Shown here: positions 42,277 through 44,589 of the stretch, piece after piece
How the letters are laid out: the number at the start of each line of letters is the position of its first letter
How positions within the stretch are numbered: the first letter of the stretch is position 1
Origin: Alphaproteobacteria bacterium
GTDB lineage: Bacteria > Pseudomonadota > Alphaproteobacteria > JACAEB01
NCBI GenBank assembly: GCA_013389075.1
Contig: JACAEB010000116.1
Span: forward strand, 1-44,589
Length of the DNA: 44,589 nucleotides
Reading direction: 5' to 3'
Translations under genes and position numbers: made by a program
Notes under the pieces: generated by a model
Told to the model about the DNA's origin: nothing
The model's database searches: none
What the model saw: the letters and a program-made list of their open reading frames with translations, nothing else

Positions 42277-43001
42277 AGCGCTACGGCCACCGCGTTCGAG
42301 ACATTGAGCGAGGCGAGGGACCCGCGCGTCGGAAGCCGGGCGAGGCTGTCGCAGGTCTTGCGCGTGAGCTCGCGCAGCCCCGCGCCCTCCGCGCCGAAGA
42401 CGAGGGCGAGCGGGTCGCCGTCGACGAAGGCGGGCAGGGCGGCGGGTGCGCCTCCCTCGAGTCCGATGACCCGCCAGCCGCTGTCCTTCAGCGTGTCGAG
42501 CGCGCGGGCGAGATTGACGACGCGGGCGATGGGGACGGCTTCGAGCGCGCCCGAGGCCGCCTTGGCGAGGACGCCGCTCTCGCGCGGGGCGTTGCGGGTG
42601 GTCATCACGAGCCCGAGCGCGCCGAAGGCGGCGGCACTGCGCAGGATGGCGCCGACATTGTGCGGGTCCGTCACCTGATCGAGCACGACGAGCGGGGCGC
42701 CCGGTGTTGCGGGGCTCGCGAGCGTGTCGAGCTCGGCATCGGGGAGCGGGCGCACCCGAATCGCCGCCCCCTGATGAACGGCCTCGGGCGGCAGGAGGCG
42801 CGAGAGCTCGCGCGGATCGACGAGGCGCACCGCCGGCTCGGCGAGGCCGAGCTCCTGCGCGGCGTTCCGTGTAGCGACGGCCTCGAGCACGGTCCGCCCG
42901 GGATTGGCGAGGGCGGCGCGCACCGCGTGCAGCCCGTAGAGCCAGAGCGAGTCGGGCGGCGCGGGCGGGCGGCTCCCCCGGGAGGGACCTGGGCGGGTCA
43001 T
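42243..43001 (-). CDS. rlmB: TrmH/SpoU-family RNA 2'-O-methyltransferase (RlmB-like)
   Basis: ATG 43001 overlaps the upstream stop (ATGA). Motifs: LWLYGLHAVRAAL, VVLDQVTDPHNVGAILRSAAAFG, ALVFGAEGAGL and SLNVSNAVAVALY, which are SpoU motifs 1-3. Confidence 0.8.
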   Translation of the reverse strand: MTRPGPSRGSRPPAPPDSLWLYGLHAVRAALANPGRTVLEAVATRNAAQELGLAEPAVRLVDPRELSRLLPPEAVHQGAAIRVRPLPDAELDTLASPATPGAPLVVLDQVTDPHNVGAILRSAAAFGALGLVMTTRNAPRESGVLAKAASGALEAVPIARVVNLARALDTLKDSGWRVIGLEGGAPAALPAFVDGDPLALVFGAEGAGLRELTRKTCDSLARLPTRGSLASLNVSNAVAVALYVAGGGSAGD

Positions 43002-43819
43002 GCGCGCGCCGCGGTCGGGGCGGCGAGCCGGCTCGTCAGCTCCGTATTGGCACCCGAGGGATCGGCGATGAAGGCGATATGGGCGATGCCGCGCCATTCC
43101 ATGGTCGGCATGGGAACGCTGACGCCGTCGGCCGCGAGGCGATCGACCGCCTCGGGCACGGAGGGTACGGCGGCGGTCAGATAGCGGATGCCGGCGCGCG
43201 CGCTGTGGCGCTCGCCGGGCTCGGGCGCGGCCACGCTGTCCGGCAGGCCCCAGATGTTGAGCCGCACCGGACCCCAGTCGACCTTCTCGTTGCTGTGCCC
43301 GTCCGGATAGGGGAAATGGCCGATATACCGAGCCCCGAAGAAGCGCTCGTAGAAGCGGGCGACGGCCTCCGGATCATGGGCGGCGATGCCGATCTGCACC
43401 GCGGGGCCGGCCTCCTCGGGCCGCTTCATGGTGGCGAGCTCGACCGCATTGCCGTCCGGGTCGCGGATGAAGAGGGCGCGCGCGGCCTCCGTCTCGACGG
43501 CCCTTGAGGTGTCGATGCCGGCGGCGGCGAGGCGGGCGAGGCGGTCCTCATACCAGGCGGCGTCGCCGAGCAGCGTGAGAAGCCGCAGTCCGGGCGCGCG
43601 CGACAGGCCCCGGACGGGCGCGGGCGGGGGCTTCTTCAGGCAGAGCAGCTTGATGGTGATGCCTGCATGCGCATAGCGCCGGTTCACGCCCACGGGAATC
43701 TCGGTGTCGCTGACGGGAACGAGCCCCAGCACCTCCGTATAGAAGGCGCGCATGGCGGCCTCCTCATGCGGAATGAGGCCGAGCTCGGTGAAGCGGGCGG
43801 CGAGCGGCAGGTCGGTCAT
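42998..43819 (-). CDS. VOC (glyoxalase/bleomycin-resistance/dioxygenase) family protein, two-domain
   Basis: ATG 43819 has GGAG 7 nt upstream. There are two repeats of the beta-alpha-beta-beta-beta module (FYTEVLGL...FIRDPDGNAVEL and FYERFFGA...FIADPSGANTEL). Confidence 0.7.
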   Translation of the reverse strand: MTDLPLAARFTELGLIPHEEAAMRAFYTEVLGLVPVSDTEIPVGVNRRYAHAGITIKLLCLKKPPPAPVRGLSRAPGLRLLTLLGDAAWYEDRLARLAAAGIDTSRAVETEAARALFIRDPDGNAVELATMKRPEEAGPAVQIGIAAHDPEAVARFYERFFGARYIGHFPYPDGHSNEKVDWGPVRLNIWGLPDSVAAPEPGERHSARAGIRYLTAAVPSVPEAVDRLAADGVSVPMPTMEWRGIAHIAFIADPSGANTELTSRLAAPTAARA

Positions 43820-43896
43820 CGGGGGCTCCGGGTACCAGGGGGGACGGGGTGCGAGTGAGGCGGGAAAAAGATCCGGCTGCAACCCCAAATCCCGTA

Positions 43897-43925
43897 TTGC
43901 ATGTGGGCGGCTGTGCGCCTATAGT
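43897..43925 (+). promoter_or_regulatory. Sigma-70-like promoter candidate upstream of tRNA-Tyr/tRNA-Gly/tuf
   Basis: TTGCAT (43897-43902), an exact 17-nt spacer, then TATAGT (43920-43925). It sits in the divergent intergenic region about 150 nt upstream of tRNA-Tyr. Confidence 0.35.
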
Positions 43926-44082
43926 CCCGCGCTCACAGTGAGACTTGCAATGGCCCTCACGCAGACCACCCAACCCATCCCGCTGCCCCGGGTGGTCGAT
44001 GCGCGGGGGGTTTTTGTCTGTTTCGCGCGGTCCAGGCCAGGTCTTGGCAGCACAGGTTTGGCAGGACGAGTTTGACCAGTTT

Positions 44083-44167
44083 GGAGGAGTGCCCGAGTGG
44101 TTAAAGGGGACGGACTGTAAATCCGTTGGCTCAGCCTACGTTGGTTCGAATCCAACCTCCTCCACCA
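44083..44167 (+). tRNA. tRNA-Tyr (anticodon GUA)
   Basis: GGAGGAG-TG-CCCG-AGTGGTTAAA-GGGG-A-CGGAC-TGTAAAT-CCGTT-(long variable arm GGCTCAGCCTACG)-TTGGT...TCGAATCCAAC-CTCCTCC-A-CCA. The 7-bp acceptor stem, long extra arm and encoded CCA are all present. Confidence 0.9.
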
Positions 44168-44283
44168 AAGCTTGGGCGCTCATTCACGGTAGAGAACCCA
44201 CGATAGAGGACGCAGGACCACACCGCAAAGCCTCAAGGTGCCACCCGCTTGGGGCCGCGAATCGGCCCAGAGGGCTCCGGACC

Positions 44284-44357
44284 GCGGGTATAGCTCAATG
44301 GTAGAGCCACAGCCTTCCAAGCTGAAGATGCGGGTTCGATTCCCGCTACCCGCTCCA
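44284..44357 (+). tRNA. tRNA-Gly (anticodon UCC)
   Basis: GCGGGTA-TA-GCTC-AATGGTA-GAGC-C-ACAGC-CTTCCAA-GCTGA-AGATG-CGGGT-TCGATTC-CCGC-TACCCGC-T-CCA. The cloverleaf has an encoded CCA. Confidence 0.9.
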
Positions 44358-44483
44358 GCCCGGCCGTCGGCTCCGTCCTCGGGTTCCCGGGCGGGCCGTC
44401 GTGGCAGGTGAGGTCGACTGAGGCAGCGCGCCGCGCGCCCCGTCCCCGGGGTCCGGCCCGACAGGAATCGCGGAGAGACGAAG

Positions 44484-44589
44484 ATGGCTAAAGAGAAGTT
44501 TGAGCGTACGAAGCCGCACTGCAACATTGGGACGATTGGTCACGTGGACCATGGGAAGACGTCCCTGACGGCGGCGATCACGAAGGTTC
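44484..44589 (+). CDS. tuf: Elongation factor Tu, N-terminal 35 codons (3' end outside window)
   Basis: ATG 44484 is preceded by GGAGAG. The translation [35 protein letters not shown] contains the G1 P-loop GHVDHGKT. The gene follows tRNA-Tyr and tRNA-Gly, as in the classic tufB operon layout. Confidence 0.95.
   Translation, partial: MAKEKFERTKPHCNIGTIGHVDHGKTSLTAAITKV

Noticed and set aside
1-44589. CRISPR arrays, IS elements or inverted terminal repeats, toxin-antitoxin pairs, restriction-modification or other recognisable defence genes
   Set aside because: I noticed no regularly spaced direct repeats, and no transposase-, integrase-, nuclease-, helicase- or ATPase-type ORFs suggestive of defence systems. 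The only methyltransferases are an rRNA-type (RsmB, RlmB) pair and a small-molecule or protein-type class I enzyme.

Overview
High-GC proteobacterial chromosome segment. The EF-Tu N-terminus and the tRNA-Tyr/tRNA-Gly/tuf layout suggest an alphaproteobacterium, but that is inference only. I saw no CRISPR array, IS element, integrase or phage gene. Many of the long ORFs in the track are antisense or out-of-frame artefacts of the GC content. I chose coding frames by recognisable protein motifs, signal peptides, RBS-like purine runs and ATGA stop/start overlaps.

Layout, left to right:
- 3' end of an RsmB/Sun-type RNA methyltransferase and a TauD/TfdA dioxygenase.
- A processive GT2 synthase with an unusual C-terminal beta-rich extension.
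- A two-gene RND efflux operon (adaptor plus pump).
- A SAM methyltransferase with a large C-terminal domain.
- A minus-strand cluster: TonB-dependent receptor, beta-propeller phytase, two exported proteins of unknown function, and a HupE/UreJ-like membrane protein, sitting directly downstream of tRNA-Thr.
- A block of about 22 kb (16.8-38.6 kb) between tRNA-Thr and metG: a PEP-CTERM/exosortase-type exopolysaccharide locus.
- metG, a PrcB-like protein, a 2OG-Fe(II) oxygenase fusion, a TrmH/RlmB-type methyltransferase, a VOC protein, tRNA-Tyr, tRNA-Gly and the start of tuf.

The exopolysaccharide locus contains one PEP-CTERM cargo gene with its own strong terminator, a small 3-TM protein, three glycosyltransferases and two sulfotransferases. 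It also has an outer-membrane beta-barrel, an EpsD-like lipoprotein, a short OPX exporter, a Wzz-like co-polymerase, an EpsG-like ATPase, exosortase plus EpsI, a Wzx-like flippase and an O-antigen-ligase-like protein. An AlgD-like GDP-mannose dehydrogenase and an MBOAT plus AlgJ/X-like O-acetylation pair complete it.

Most interesting calls:
1. The EpsG-like tyrosine-kinase homologue has a lysine-less Walker A. It also carries an N-terminal tandem motif that matches the MshEN c-di-GMP-binding consensus position by position.
2. The gene content predicts a sulfated, O-acetylated, uronic-acid-containing polymer.
3. A GT2 synthase is fused to a signal-anchor-like segment plus a beta-barrel-like domain.

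All functional assignments come from motif recognition by eye. None was verified by a database search.
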